In this document: in pieces, positions 1 to 8,220 of the stretch | Layout: each line of letters begins with the position of its first letter | Numbering within the stretch: position 1 is the stretch's first letter | Assembly: GCA_964523275.1 (NCBI GenBank) | Contig: CAZFZI010000004.1 | Span: 1-32,079 of the forward strand | From: an uncultured Candidatus Saccharibacteria bacterium | Lineage (GTDB): Bacteria > Patescibacteriota > Minisyncoccia > Minisyncoccales > UBA5738 | Length of the DNA: 32,079 nucleotides | Reading direction: 5' to 3' | Position numbers and translations under genes: made by a program | The notes under the pieces: generated by a model | Database searches by the model: none | What the model was told of the DNA's origin: nothing | Seen by the model: the letters and a program-made list of their open reading frames with translations, nothing else

Positions 1-11
1 TCTCATCAACC

Positions 12-424
12 ATGGAAAAAGAAATTATCGGTATGACGCAAAAAGATTTAGCAAGATACCAAGTGATCAAGAATTTGATTGCCAAAAGGAATTATCAAAT
101 CTGGACGCGATATTCTCGGTTCAGTCAATCCGGCAAGTGAAAAACGACTTTACCATTCAGTTCAAATATCAATTAAGCAAAGAACAGCCGGCGACAGTCC
201 GGCGCCAAGAAAAAGTGCTCATTGAGGAGCGGCTTGATGGGTCGCTGGCGATCAGACTGCGCGGCAAATATTTAAACTTCAAGCTCCTGCCGGCCAAGCC
301 GCAAAAGGCGGCTGAGCCACTACCGGCGGCGATTGCGGCAAGCAAGGCGCATACTCCGACACCAAACCATCCCTGGCGCGGAAAGTTTGCCAAGGAAGAA
401 GAGCATGAAAAGGTATTTTCTTAA
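12..424 (+). pseudogene. Internally deleted IS1202/ISNCY-like transposase
   Basis: ATG at 12 gives MEKEIIGMTQKDLARYQVIKNLIAKR, a typical ISNCY N-terminus, with a stop at 138-140. From about 80 another frame reads NLDAIFSVQSIRQVKNDFTIQF...VLIEERLDGSLAIR...HTPTPNHPWR, a typical C-terminus. The DDE core is absent. Confidence 0.7.
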
Positions 425-453
425 AAGCAAACTTTTCTAAAAATTTTTCCAAG

Positions 454-479
454 TATGACATTTCTATTATCATTTGACA
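454..479 (+). mobile_element. Probable right terminal inverted repeat of the IS remnant
   Basis: TATGACATTTCTATTATCATTTGACA ends in TGACA 55 bp after the transposase stop and resembles TGT...ACA IS ends. The left end is outside the window. Confidence 0.5.
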
Positions 480-495
480 ATTTGACAGTTTACTC

Positions 496-524
496 TTGAC
501 AAATTTAGGGTATCGTGATACGTT
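496..524 (+). promoter_or_regulatory. Sigma70-type promoter for the secreted protein gene
   Basis: TTGACA (496-501), 17-bp spacer, TACGTT (519-524), with an extended -10 TG at 516-517. Confidence 0.55.
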
Positions 525-595
525 TGCAATCAGTTCAACGCGCATATGCATGCAATCATGCGTATGTAGAATATAAAAACTCGGAGGAAACCAGG

Positions 596-1330
596 ATGGA
601 ATCGAAATGGATGATTGCGACGATATTTGCCGCAATGTTAGCATGCTGTTGTATGGCAACGGCATGCAACACGGAAGATGAATGCGGGTGCAATGTGAAG
701 GTTAACGTCTTCACTTACGTCGAGGTAGCGTGTGAAGGCGGCAACTGCAACGGCGGCAATGGCGGCGAGAACGGAAACGGGGACAATGGTGGAGAAGCCG
801 GCGGGAACGGCGGCGGAGCAACCCAGGGAGATTTAATTCCCAATTATTACAACGGAGGGCGCAACGGGATAGGCGTCACTGGCGTAGTTAATAGCCAATG
901 GGAAAATCCCGCTCCCAGGATCGGCCTGGGGTCAGTTGAAGTCAAGGAAGGATGCGAGAGCACCATCCTTGTGGGCGTTCTCAGCACAGGGCTAAGTAGA
1001 GCCCCTATCGGCCTGTGGTCGATTGTAGTGGAAGCACAGGACGAGTGCTTTAATGTTGTCGCCGCGGAAAAATACTTGATTCCGCACGACACCAACCTGC
1101 CGGCGGGCAAAATTGATGCTAGCGGAGCAACGATTCCCGGATTCAAAATCTTTCCGGTCAAAGCATCCGGCGCTTATTACAGCGTCAAATTGATTGATCC
1201 TGACGGCAACCAGATGGACCACATTAACTACGTCACAGGCGATGGGCTGAAAATATTCAGCCTTGCCGATGGTATGTGGATAGAAACCTCATACTCAACC
1301 AGGGATATCGGCCATTCCTTGAACTTTTAG
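596..1330 (+). CDS. Secreted/lipoprotein-like hypothetical protein with Cys-rich N-terminus and Gly/Asn-rich linker
   Basis: GGAGG at 583-587 precedes ATG 596. Signal-like WMIATIFAAMLACCCMATAC, then a GGNCNGGNGGENGNGDNGG linker and a beta-rich C-terminal domain. Confidence 0.75.
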   Translation: MESKWMIATIFAAMLACCCMATACNTEDECGCNVKVNVFTYVEVACEGGNCNGGNGGENGNGDNGGEAGGNGGGATQGDLIPNYYNGGRNGIGVTGVVNSQWENPAPRIGLGSVEVKEGCESTILVGVLSTGLSRAPIGLWSIVVEAQDECFNVVAAEKYLIPHDTNLPAGKIDASGATIPGFKIFPVKASGAYYSVKLIDPDGNQMDHINYVTGDGLKIFSLADGMWIETSYSTRDIGHSLNF

Positions 1331-1339
1331 AGATACATA

Positions 1340-1369
1340 GCTATCCTTACACAGGGTAGCACTTTTTTT
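1340..1369 (+). terminator. Intrinsic terminator
   Basis: GCTATCCT-tacac-AGGGTAGC hairpin followed by a T tract. Confidence 0.7.
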
Positions 1370-1384
1370 ATATTTTTTTCTTTT

Positions 1385-1445
1385 TTATGATTTTATGTTT
1401 ATTATATGATTAAATGTTTATATATTTAAACGGTTATATGATTTA
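1385..1445. repeat. Degenerate 8-nt tandem repeats (TATATGAT/TAAATGTT type)
   Basis: ttttatga ttttatgt ... tatatgat taaatgtt tatatatt. The units are complementary to those at 2730-2780. Confidence 0.5.
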
Positions 1446-1516
1446 CTCTTGTGATTGCGCGGATTATGGTGTAAATTGAATCTGTTTGATTCAACAACCG
1501 ACTAAAACCGATTAAT

Positions 1517-2719
1517 ATGAGTTTTTTTAACACACTAAAAGAAAAAGGAGGTTCCAAAAACTACTGGCCTTTAATGATTGCGATCACCGCTTTGGCAAGT
1601 TTTACCCTCGGAAACTGGACAGCAATATCAAGTTGCCCGAAACTTCCTCCCGCCGATGCCGATTTGTCGCTTTTCTGGGAAACATGGCACACTTTGGAAG
1701 AAAATTTTGTGGATAAAAGCCAAATTGATCACAAAAAAATGATCTATGGGGCGATATCGGGCATGGTAAGTTCCTTGGATGATCCCTATACCGCGTTTTT
1801 TGATCCCGCCGACGCCAAAAAATTTCTAGAAGACACCTCCGGATCTTTTGAAGGCGTGGGGATGGAAATCGGCATCAAAGAAAATCAATTGCGCGCGGTA
1901 ACTCCTTTGGAAAATACGCCGGCACAGCTTGCCGGAATTCGCCCCGGGGACGCTATTGTCCAAATTGACGGCAAGTCAACCGCCGGCATTACCACCGACG
2001 AAGCCGTAAATCTTATCAGAGGCCCAAAAGGCACCGAGGTGGTTTTAACAATATTCCGGGAAGATTGGAAAGAAACAAAAGATTTTGCAATCATTCGCGA
2101 CGTAATCAAGGTTCCTTCCCTTAAATGGGAAATCAAGGACGGCGATGTCGCCTACATACAGCTTTACCAATTCACCGAAAAAGCCGGTGGCGATTTCAAG
2201 GCCGCGGCAGTTGACATCATCAACAGCCCTGCCAAATCAATCGTGCTTGATTTGCGCAATAATCCGGGGGGGTATCTTTCGGTGGCGCAAGACATTGCCG
2301 GATGGTTTTTGAAAAAAGGACAAATTGTCACCCGCGAAAACATGGGCGGTGAAAATCCGGAGATAGAACACAAATCCAATGGTCCGTCGTTGCTGGAAAA
2401 ATATCCAACCACGGTGATCATTAATGAAGGATCAGCCTCCGCGTCGGAAATTTTGGCAGGCGCTTTGCGCGATAATCGCCAAATCCAACTGATAGGCGAG
2501 CAATCATTCGGCAAGGGATCGGTGCAACAATTAATACCTCTCAAAAGCGACGCTTCGCTGAAAGTGACCATTGCCAAATGGCTAACTCCCAACGGCGACC
2601 AAATCAATGAAAAAGGGTTATCTCCGGACGTGGAGGTGAAAACCGCCGCCGAAGACGAAGAAAAAGAAAGCGATCCCCAACTGGACAGAGCCATTGAAAT
2701 TGTAAAAAATTTAAGGTAG
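1517..2719 (+). CDS. ctpA: S41 family C-terminal processing peptidase (PDZ)
   Basis: N-terminal TM segment, LDDPYT, GVGMEI PDZ, DLRNNPGG, SASASEILAGAL, SFGKGSVQ. Confidence 0.95.
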   Translation: MSFFNTLKEKGGSKNYWPLMIAITALASFTLGNWTAISSCPKLPPADADLSLFWETWHTLEENFVDKSQIDHKKMIYGAISGMVSSLDDPYTAFFDPADAKKFLEDTSGSFEGVGMEIGIKENQLRAVTPLENTPAQLAGIRPGDAIVQIDGKSTAGITTDEAVNLIRGPKGTEVVLTIFREDWKETKDFAIIRDVIKVPSLKWEIKDGDVAYIQLYQFTEKAGGDFKAAAVDIINSPAKSIVLDLRNNPGGYLSVAQDIAGWFLKKGQIVTRENMGGENPEIEHKSNGPSLLEKYPTTVIINEGSASASEILAGALRDNRQIQLIGEQSFGKGSVQQLIPLKSDASLKVTIAKWLTPNGDQINEKGLSPDVEVKTAAEDEEKESDPQLDRAIEIVKNLR

Positions 2720-2729
2720 AATAAGCTAT

Positions 2730-2822
2730 TGAAACATACAAACATAAAAACATTTAATCATTCAAACATTTAATCATTTATTTTAAATTTATGATTATAT
2801 GATTTAATGATTACAATGGTTA
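2730..2822. repeat. Inverted array of degenerate 8-nt repeats
   Basis: aaacatac aaacataa aaacattt aatcattc aaacattt aatcattt, then complementary tatgatta tatgattt aatgatta. Confidence 0.6.
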
Positions 2823-2834
2823 TATAATTCAGTT

Positions 2835-3278
2835 ATGAAGGTAATATTACTACAAGACATTGAAAAATTGGGAAATAAATTTGAAGTAAAAGATGTCGCC
2901 GACGGATTTGCCAAAAATCACCTCTTGCCCAAAAAAATGGCGCAAATCGCCACAAAAAACGCGTTGATCTGGGCGCAGACCCAGCGCGAGATAGCGGCCA
3001 AGGCCACCGAAAACGAACTGCAAGAAATCCAAGCGAAAGCCGGCGCCTTGGACGGACGCGAATTTGCCATGGAAGTCAAAGTTGGAGAACAAAACCAGCT
3101 GTTTGAATCCATCACCAGCCAAAAGATTGCCGAAAAGTTAAAAGAAGACGATTTCAATATTGACAAAAAGCAAATTACCTTAAAAGATCCGATCAAAGAA
3201 TTGGGAGAGCATCAAATAAAAATAAATTTCCCTCACAACCTGGAAGCCGAAATCAAATTGGTCGTAAGCGCCGAGTGA
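2835..3278 (+). CDS. rplI: 50S ribosomal protein L9
   Basis: MKVILLQDIEKLG...VKDVADGFAKNHLLP, LFESIT, PIKELG. Confidence 0.97.
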   Translation: MKVILLQDIEKLGNKFEVKDVADGFAKNHLLPKKMAQIATKNALIWAQTQREIAAKATENELQEIQAKAGALDGREFAMEVKVGEQNQLFESITSQKIAEKLKEDDFNIDKKQITLKDPIKELGEHQIKINFPHNLEAEIKLVVSAE

Positions 3279-3285
3279 TTTTAAC

Positions 3286-3317
3286 GCCCCGCCCCCCCCA
3301 AAGAGCGGGGCTTGTTT
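3286..3317 (+). terminator. Probable terminator after rplI
   Basis: GCCCCGC (3286-3292) pairs with GCGGGGC (3305-3311), followed by TTGTTT. Confidence 0.5.
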
Positions 3318-3450
3318 AAAATACCAAATATCAAATCCTAAATCCTAAATAATTTCAAAATTCAAATATTGAAATTCAAAACAAAGCTATTTTGAATTTG
3401 GAATTTTGATGTTTGGATTTATTTGGAATTTAGAATTTTAGAATTTTAAT
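3318..3450. repeat. Inverted array of degenerate 7-nt repeats (long imperfect hairpin)
   Basis: aaatacc aaatatc aaatcct aaatcct...aaattca, then ttttgaatttggaattttgatgtttggattt...tagaatt. Confidence 0.7.
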
Positions 3451-3453
3451 TCT

Positions 3454-5070
3454 ATGACAAAATACATATTTGTGGCCGGGGGAGTGATGTCTTCCATCGG
3501 CAAAGGCATCACCACCGCCTCCATCGGTAAAATTTTAAAAAGCAAGGGGTTTGCCGTTACGGCGGTAAAATTTGATCCCTACATCAACGTTGACGCCGGC
3601 ACGATGAACCCGATAGAGCACGGCGAGGTTTTCGTAACCGATGACGGCACCGAATGCGACCAGGATGTGGGCAATTACGAACGCTTTTTGGATGAAAATT
3701 TAAGCTCGGCCAATTATGCCACCACCGGAAAAGTCTATCTTTCAGTGATTGAGCGCGAACGCAATTTGGGATATGACGGCAAGTGCGTGGAGGTTGTTCC
3801 CGATATCCCCAATGAAGTTATCCGGCGCATCAACAAGGCCGCCAAAACCGCCAAAGCGGATTTCGTGGTAATTGAAATCGGGGGCACGGTGGGCGAATAT
3901 CAAAATATGCTTTTTTTGGAAGCCGCGCGGATGCTGAAATTAAAAAATCCAAAAAGCGTTGTTTTTGTTCTTGTAGGTTATTTGCCAGTGCCGGCAATGG
4001 TGGGAGAAATGAAAACCAAGCCGGTGCAAAATGCCTGCAAACAGCTCAATTCCGCGGGCATCCAGCCGGATTTCATCATCGGCCGCTCAACCCAGCCGCT
4101 GGACAATCCGCGCAAAGAAAAAATTTCCATTTTCTGCAATGTTAACGCGCAAGATGTGATTTCCGCGCCGGACGCAAAAAGCATCTATCAAGTGCCGCTG
4201 GATTTCGCCGCCGAGAATCTGGGCAACCGGATTCTGGCCAAATTCAAAACGCGAACGCGCGAAAACAGCCTGGGTGACTGGAAAAAGTTAGTTGATACAA
4301 TCAATGGCGCGGTCAAGCCGGTAAAAATCGGCATCGTGGGAAAATATTTTGAATCAGGAAAGTTCACGCTTATGGATTCATATATTTCCGTGATTGAGTC
4401 TGTCAAACACGCGGCTTGGTTTTGCGGCAGATTGCCTGAAATCACATGGCTTTCATCGGAAAACTACCAACAAGATCCCGAAAATTTAAAAGAGCTTGAA
4501 CAATACGACGGAATTATTATTCCCGGAGGATTCGGCAATCGCGGTGTTGAAGGCAAAATTAAGGCGATTCAACATTGCCGCGAGAACAACATTCCCTTTT
4601 TGGGCCTGTGCTTGGGAATGCAACTGGCCACCATTGAATTTGCCCGCAATGTTTGCGGATTGGAATCCGCCACTTCAACCGAATTCAATCCAAAAGCCAA
4701 ACAACCGGTGATTGATTTGATTCCCGAACAGCGCCAATTGTTGAAAACCAAAAAACTGGGGGCAACGATGCGCCTGGGAGCTTATGATTGCGAATTGAAA
4801 CAAGGTTCGCGGGCATGGGAAGCATATGGAAAAACAGAAATGATTTCCGAACGCCACCGCCACCGCTACGAACTGAACAACGATTACCGCCAAATTTTGC
4901 AAGATAACGGCTTGATAATTTCGGGAAATAATCCCCAAAAAAATCTGGCGGAAATTATTGAATTGAAAAATCATCCGTTTTTCATGGCAAGCCAATTCCA
5001 TCCGGAATTCAAGTCCCGACCCCAAAAACCCCACCCGCTGTTTGCCGAATTTATCAAAGCATCCATATAG
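3454..5070 (+). CDS. pyrG: CTP synthase
   Basis: KYIFVAGGVMSSIGKG, DPYINVDAGTM, GLCLGMQ, ERHRHRYE, QFHPEF. Confidence 0.98.
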   Translation: MTKYIFVAGGVMSSIGKGITTASIGKILKSKGFAVTAVKFDPYINVDAGTMNPIEHGEVFVTDDGTECDQDVGNYERFLDENLSSANYATTGKVYLSVIERERNLGYDGKCVEVVPDIPNEVIRRINKAAKTAKADFVVIEIGGTVGEYQNMLFLEAARMLKLKNPKSVVFVLVGYLPVPAMVGEMKTKPVQNACKQLNSAGIQPDFIIGRSTQPLDNPRKEKISIFCNVNAQDVISAPDAKSIYQVPLDFAAENLGNRILAKFKTRTRENSLGDWKKLVDTINGAVKPVKIGIVGKYFESGKFTLMDSYISVIESVKHAAWFCGRLPEITWLSSENYQQDPENLKELEQYDGIIIPGGFGNRGVEGKIKAIQHCRENNIPFLGLCLGMQLATIEFARNVCGLESATSTEFNPKAKQPVIDLIPEQRQLLKTKKLGATMRLGAYDCELKQGSRAWEAYGKTEMISERHRHRYELNNDYRQILQDNGLIISGNNPQKNLAEIIELKNHPFFMASQFHPEFKSRPQKPHPLFAEFIKASI

Positions 5071-5077
5071 CATTTCC

Positions 5078-5138
5078 GCATTTTAAAGGTCGTTCCTCGC
5101 TGTAATCGGCGAGATGCTACCTTGTCAAACTGCGTCTT
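5078..5138 (-). repeat. Structured repeat, copy 1 (downstream of rpmA)
   Basis: Shares 22 identical bp (GCATTTTAAAGGTCGTTCCTCG) and a near-identical 3' arm with 5566-5634. Confidence 0.8.
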
Positions 5139-5204
5139 ATTTGTTTGAAAATTGAATCGCGGAAGATTGAAATTTGGTTCTTGAAACTTAATTCAAGCAA
5201 AAAC

Positions 5205-5233
5205 AAAAAAGCATCTCTCGCGAGGTGCTTTTT
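5205..5233. terminator. Bidirectional terminator between pyrG and rpmA
   Basis: AAAAAAGCATCTC-tcgc-GAGGTGCTTTTT. Confidence 0.75.
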
Positions 5234-5267
5234 GATGCCAAAATTTTTAATTTTGATTTTTCAATTT

Positions 5268-5546
5268 TTATTTTTCTATCACTTCCGCCACTTTTGCCAT
5301 CCTTTGCGTGCCGGAAAAATTCACCTTGCGAATTTGGCGGAATTTCACCGTGCCAGCCGCAACCGCGTAAAGAGTGTCATCTTTGCCTATTTTCACGTTT
5401 TTTCCGGGCAAAATGCGTGAACCGCGCTGGCGCACAATCACGCTACCGATTTTAGCCGGCTGGCCGTCATAGAGCTTCACGCCCAAAAATTTCGGATTTG
5501 AATCGCGGCCCAACTTTGTTCCGCCGGTATTTTTTGTCTTTGCCAT
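5268..5546 (-). CDS. rpmA: 50S ribosomal protein L27
   Basis: [36 protein letters not shown]. Confidence 0.97.
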   Translation of the reverse strand: MAKTKNTGGTKLGRDSNPKFLGVKLYDGQPAKIGSVIVRQRGSRILPGKNVKIGKDDTLYAVAAGTVKFRQIRKVNFSGTQRMAKVAEVIEK

Positions 5547-5565
5547 AATTTTGTATTTGTATTTT

Positions 5566-5634
5566 GCATTTTAAAGGTCGTTCCTCGGCGAAGCGTTAGC
5601 GAAGCAGAGGCGCTACCTTGGCAAATTGCATCTT
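5566..5634 (-). repeat. Structured repeat, copy 2 (in the rpmA leader)
   Basis: Same arms as 5078-5138 with a different apical insert. Ends about 20 nt upstream of the rpmA ATG. Confidence 0.8.
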
Positions 5635-5682
5635 GAATTTAATGTTTATTTTCCCAAACTTATTTTTTCAAACAACACTCCA

Positions 5683-5726
5683 TTTATAGCGCAAATCTTG
5701 CTTTTTGTCAAAACCAAAGTTAAAAT
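5683..5726. promoter_or_regulatory. Overlapping divergent promoters (rpmA and reductase operon)
   Basis: Minus strand: TTGACA (5711-5706), 17 bp, TATAAA (5688-5683). Plus strand: TTGCTT (5698-5703), 17 bp, TAAAAT (5721-5726), 7 nt before ATG 5734. Confidence 0.6.
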
Positions 5727-5733
5727 CCTTTAT

Positions 5734-6744
5734 ATGAAAATTGCGATTGTGGGGGCCGGGGTCTGCGGCCTGTATCTGGCAAAAAATCTTGCGGAAAGAA
5801 AACATTCGGTGATGGTTTTTGAAAAAAATAAAACCATTGGAAAACTTTGCTGTTCGGGATTGTTTTCCGCGCGGCTCTTTGATTTTATTCCCGAAGCCCG
5901 CGGTTTGGCAACAAACCAGATCAATTCGTGCGCCATCAATTTTCCAAAAAAAACGGTAAAGTTGCGTTTCGCCCAGCCTTTTTTTGTGATGGAACACTCC
6001 CAATTGGATCTGTTGGCCGCCGCGCTGGCAACCCAAGCCGGCGCAGATATCCGCGTTGACCAAAACATTGATTTTGCAAAACTGGAAAAATTATCGTCCG
6101 AATATGATCGCATAATCGGTTGCGACGGCGCTCTTTCAACCGTGCGCGATTATCTTTGCGGGGATTGCGTGGGTCCGACCCACGCAAAATCAACTGGCAG
6201 AGGCGAGAATCCAAGGTTTTGGTTGGGAATACAGGGGTTTGAGAAAAAACAAGACGATTCGGATTTTGTCCAAACTTGGGCAACAAAAAACGGATTTTTG
6301 TGGCAAATTCCACGCGGGCAAGACGTTGAATGGGGAATTATGGAAAAACCGAATGTAGCGCCAAAATTATTCAATGAATTTGTCGCAGAAAAAAACATCA
6401 AACTTCATAATTTGAAATCCGCGATTATCCCGCAAGGACTCGTTTTGCCCAAAGACGAAAATATCACTTTGTGCGGCGATGCCAGCGGATTAACCAAGCC
6501 ATGGTCGGGCGGCGGCGTGGTTTGGAATTTAACACAAGCCGGCATTCTCTTGCAAAATTTCCCAAATTTTCTAAAATACAGGAAAGACGCCTTGCGCTTT
6601 TTTAATTTGCGCTTGCTCACCGGAAAGATGGCAAAATTTTGCGCCTATACCGCTGGATTTCATTTCCCGTGGCTAATCCCGCAAAACGTGAATCTGGACA
6701 GCGACTATCTGCTAAAATTCAAAAAGAATGGAAAAACAACCTAA
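5734..6744 (+). CDS. Geranylgeranyl reductase-like FAD-dependent oxidoreductase
   Basis: IAIVGAGVCG, CCSGL, IGCDGALS, GFLWQIP (similar to YxWxFP), GDASGLTKPWSGGG. Confidence 0.8.
   Translation: MKIAIVGAGVCGLYLAKNLAERKHSVMVFEKNKTIGKLCCSGLFSARLFDFIPEARGLATNQINSCAINFPKKTVKLRFAQPFFVMEHSQLDLLAAALATQAGADIRVDQNIDFAKLEKLSSEYDRIIGCDGALSTVRDYLCGDCVGPTHAKSTGRGENPRFWLGIQGFEKKQDDSDFVQTWATKNGFLWQIPRGQDVEWGIMEKPNVAPKLFNEFVAEKNIKLHNLKSAIIPQGLVLPKDENITLCGDASGLTKPWSGGGVVWNLTQAGILLQNFPNFLKYRKDALRFFNLRLLTGKMAKFCAYTAGFHFPWLIPQNVNLDSDYLLKFKKNGKTT
6165..6187. repeat. REP-like perfect palindrome inside a CDS
   Basis: TTGCGTGGGTC-C-GACCCACGCAA (11-1-11). A related copy is intergenic at 10902-10922. Confidence 0.7.
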
Positions 6745-7414
6745 TTTGCCGCGCCATGTCGGCCTGATCACCGACGGTAACCGGCGCTGGGCGCGCGAAA
6801 AAGGATTGCCGTCGTTTGAAGGGCATCGCCAGGGATGTGAAGCCGGGAAAAACATACTTCAAGCCGCTTACAACATAGGCATAAAGGAATTTACTGCATG
6901 GGCATTCTCAACCGAGAATTGGAACAGATCCGAAAAAGAAATCAACTATTTGATGAATCTTTTCGAAAAATGGCTCAATGATTCGTTAAAGAGATACAAG
7001 GATAAAAATGTTAAAATTCGCGTCGTTGGACAAAAATGGAAAGTGCCAAAATCATTTCAAAAAGTTATCACAAAAGCCGAACAAGAAACCGCGAACAATT
7101 CCGGAATGATATTTAACATGGCTCTAAGTTATGGCGGACGCGACGAAATCGTACAAGGAATTAAAAAAATCATTGAAAAAAACATCAAACCGCAAGATAT
7201 CAACGAGCAAACGGTTTCGGAAAACCTTTGGCTTCCGGACATTGATTTGATAATCCGCACCGGCGGAGAACAGCGGCTTTCGGGATTTTTGGCCTGGCAA
7301 GCAACCTATGCCGAACTTTTTTTCGTTAAAAAATATCTGCCGGATTTCACCCCGGAAGATTTCAATCAAATTTTAATCAAATACGGCCGGCGCCAGCGGC
7401 GATTTGGAAAATAA
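6728..7414 (+). CDS. uppS: cis-Prenyltransferase (undecaprenyl/polyprenyl diphosphate synthase)
   Basis: HVGLITDGNRRWA, AFSTENWNR, SYGGRDEI, IRTGGEQRLSGFLAWQ, RQRRFG. Confidence 0.96.
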   Translation: MEKQPNLPRHVGLITDGNRRWAREKGLPSFEGHRQGCEAGKNILQAAYNIGIKEFTAWAFSTENWNRSEKEINYLMNLFEKWLNDSLKRYKDKNVKIRVVGQKWKVPKSFQKVITKAEQETANNSGMIFNMALSYGGRDEIVQGIKKIIEKNIKPQDINEQTVSENLWLPDIDLIIRTGGEQRLSGFLAWQATYAELFFVKKYLPDFTPEDFNQILIKYGRRQRRFGK

Positions 7415-7419
7415 TCAAT

Positions 7420-8211
7420 ATGGACATAACTATCATCAAAATCGGCGGATCGGTGATCACAAAAAAGGAAAGCGACAAACCGAAGATCAACGCCGGCAAC
7501 ATCGGAAAAATCGGCGACCTGCTCCAAAAATTTCAGCAGCCCTATGTTTTGGTTCATGGAGTCGGATCGTTTGGGCATCCGATAGTTAAAAAAACCGGCA
7601 TTGACAAAAGCGTTATCAGCCAGGATCAGATATTGGCTTTCGCCAAAACCCAAAAACTGCAAAACGAATTGAATTGCGCGGTATGTGAAAAATTGATTAA
7701 AAAAGGAATCCCGGCATTCCCGGCGCAAGTATCAAGCCATGCGGTTCTGGAACGGGGAAGGCTGGTTTCAATGGAAACCGAAACAATAACCGGCCTTTTG
7801 CGGCTGAAAATGGTTCCCGTGGGTTATGGCGTGCCGGCTTATGACAGGGCGTGGGGATCGGCAATTCTTTCCGGCGATCAAATCACCCCTTATCTGGCCA
7901 AAAAAATAGGCGCAAAAAGAATCATTGAAGTGAGCGATGTTGAAGGAATATTCACCACCAATCCCAAAACCAAAAAAAACGCACGGCTCATATCCAAAAT
8001 CAACGCAGACAATTACAAAGAAATTGAAAAATGCCTTTCGGGAAGCACCGCCGCCGATGTCACCGGAGGAATGAAGCAAAAATACGTTGAACTAATTAGC
8101 GCCGCTCAAACCGGCATCGTCTGCCAAATCGTGGACATCAAACACTTCAAAGACGCGCTGGAAGGCAAGCCCTGCGGCACAATTATTGATTTGCGCGCAC
8201 AAAAACAATAA
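7420..8211 (+). CDS. ipk: Isopentenyl phosphate kinase (archaeal-type, amino-acid kinase fold)
   Basis: KIGGSVIT, VHGVGSFGH (IPK-type His), ILSGD, DVEGIF, DVTGGM. Confidence 0.88.
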   Translation: MDITIIKIGGSVITKKESDKPKINAGNIGKIGDLLQKFQQPYVLVHGVGSFGHPIVKKTGIDKSVISQDQILAFAKTQKLQNELNCAVCEKLIKKGIPAFPAQVSSHAVLERGRLVSMETETITGLLRLKMVPVGYGVPAYDRAWGSAILSGDQITPYLAKKIGAKRIIEVSDVEGIFTTNPKTKKNARLISKINADNYKEIEKCLSGSTAADVTGGMKQKYVELISAAQTGIVCQIVDIKHFKDALEGKPCGTIIDLRAQKQ

Positions 8212-8220
8212 TCTTAAAAT

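Noticed and set aside
5078-5634. CRISPR array from the paired repeats here, or from those at 25023/25426
   Set aside because: There are only two copies, separated by whole genes, with no regular spacers and no cas genes.
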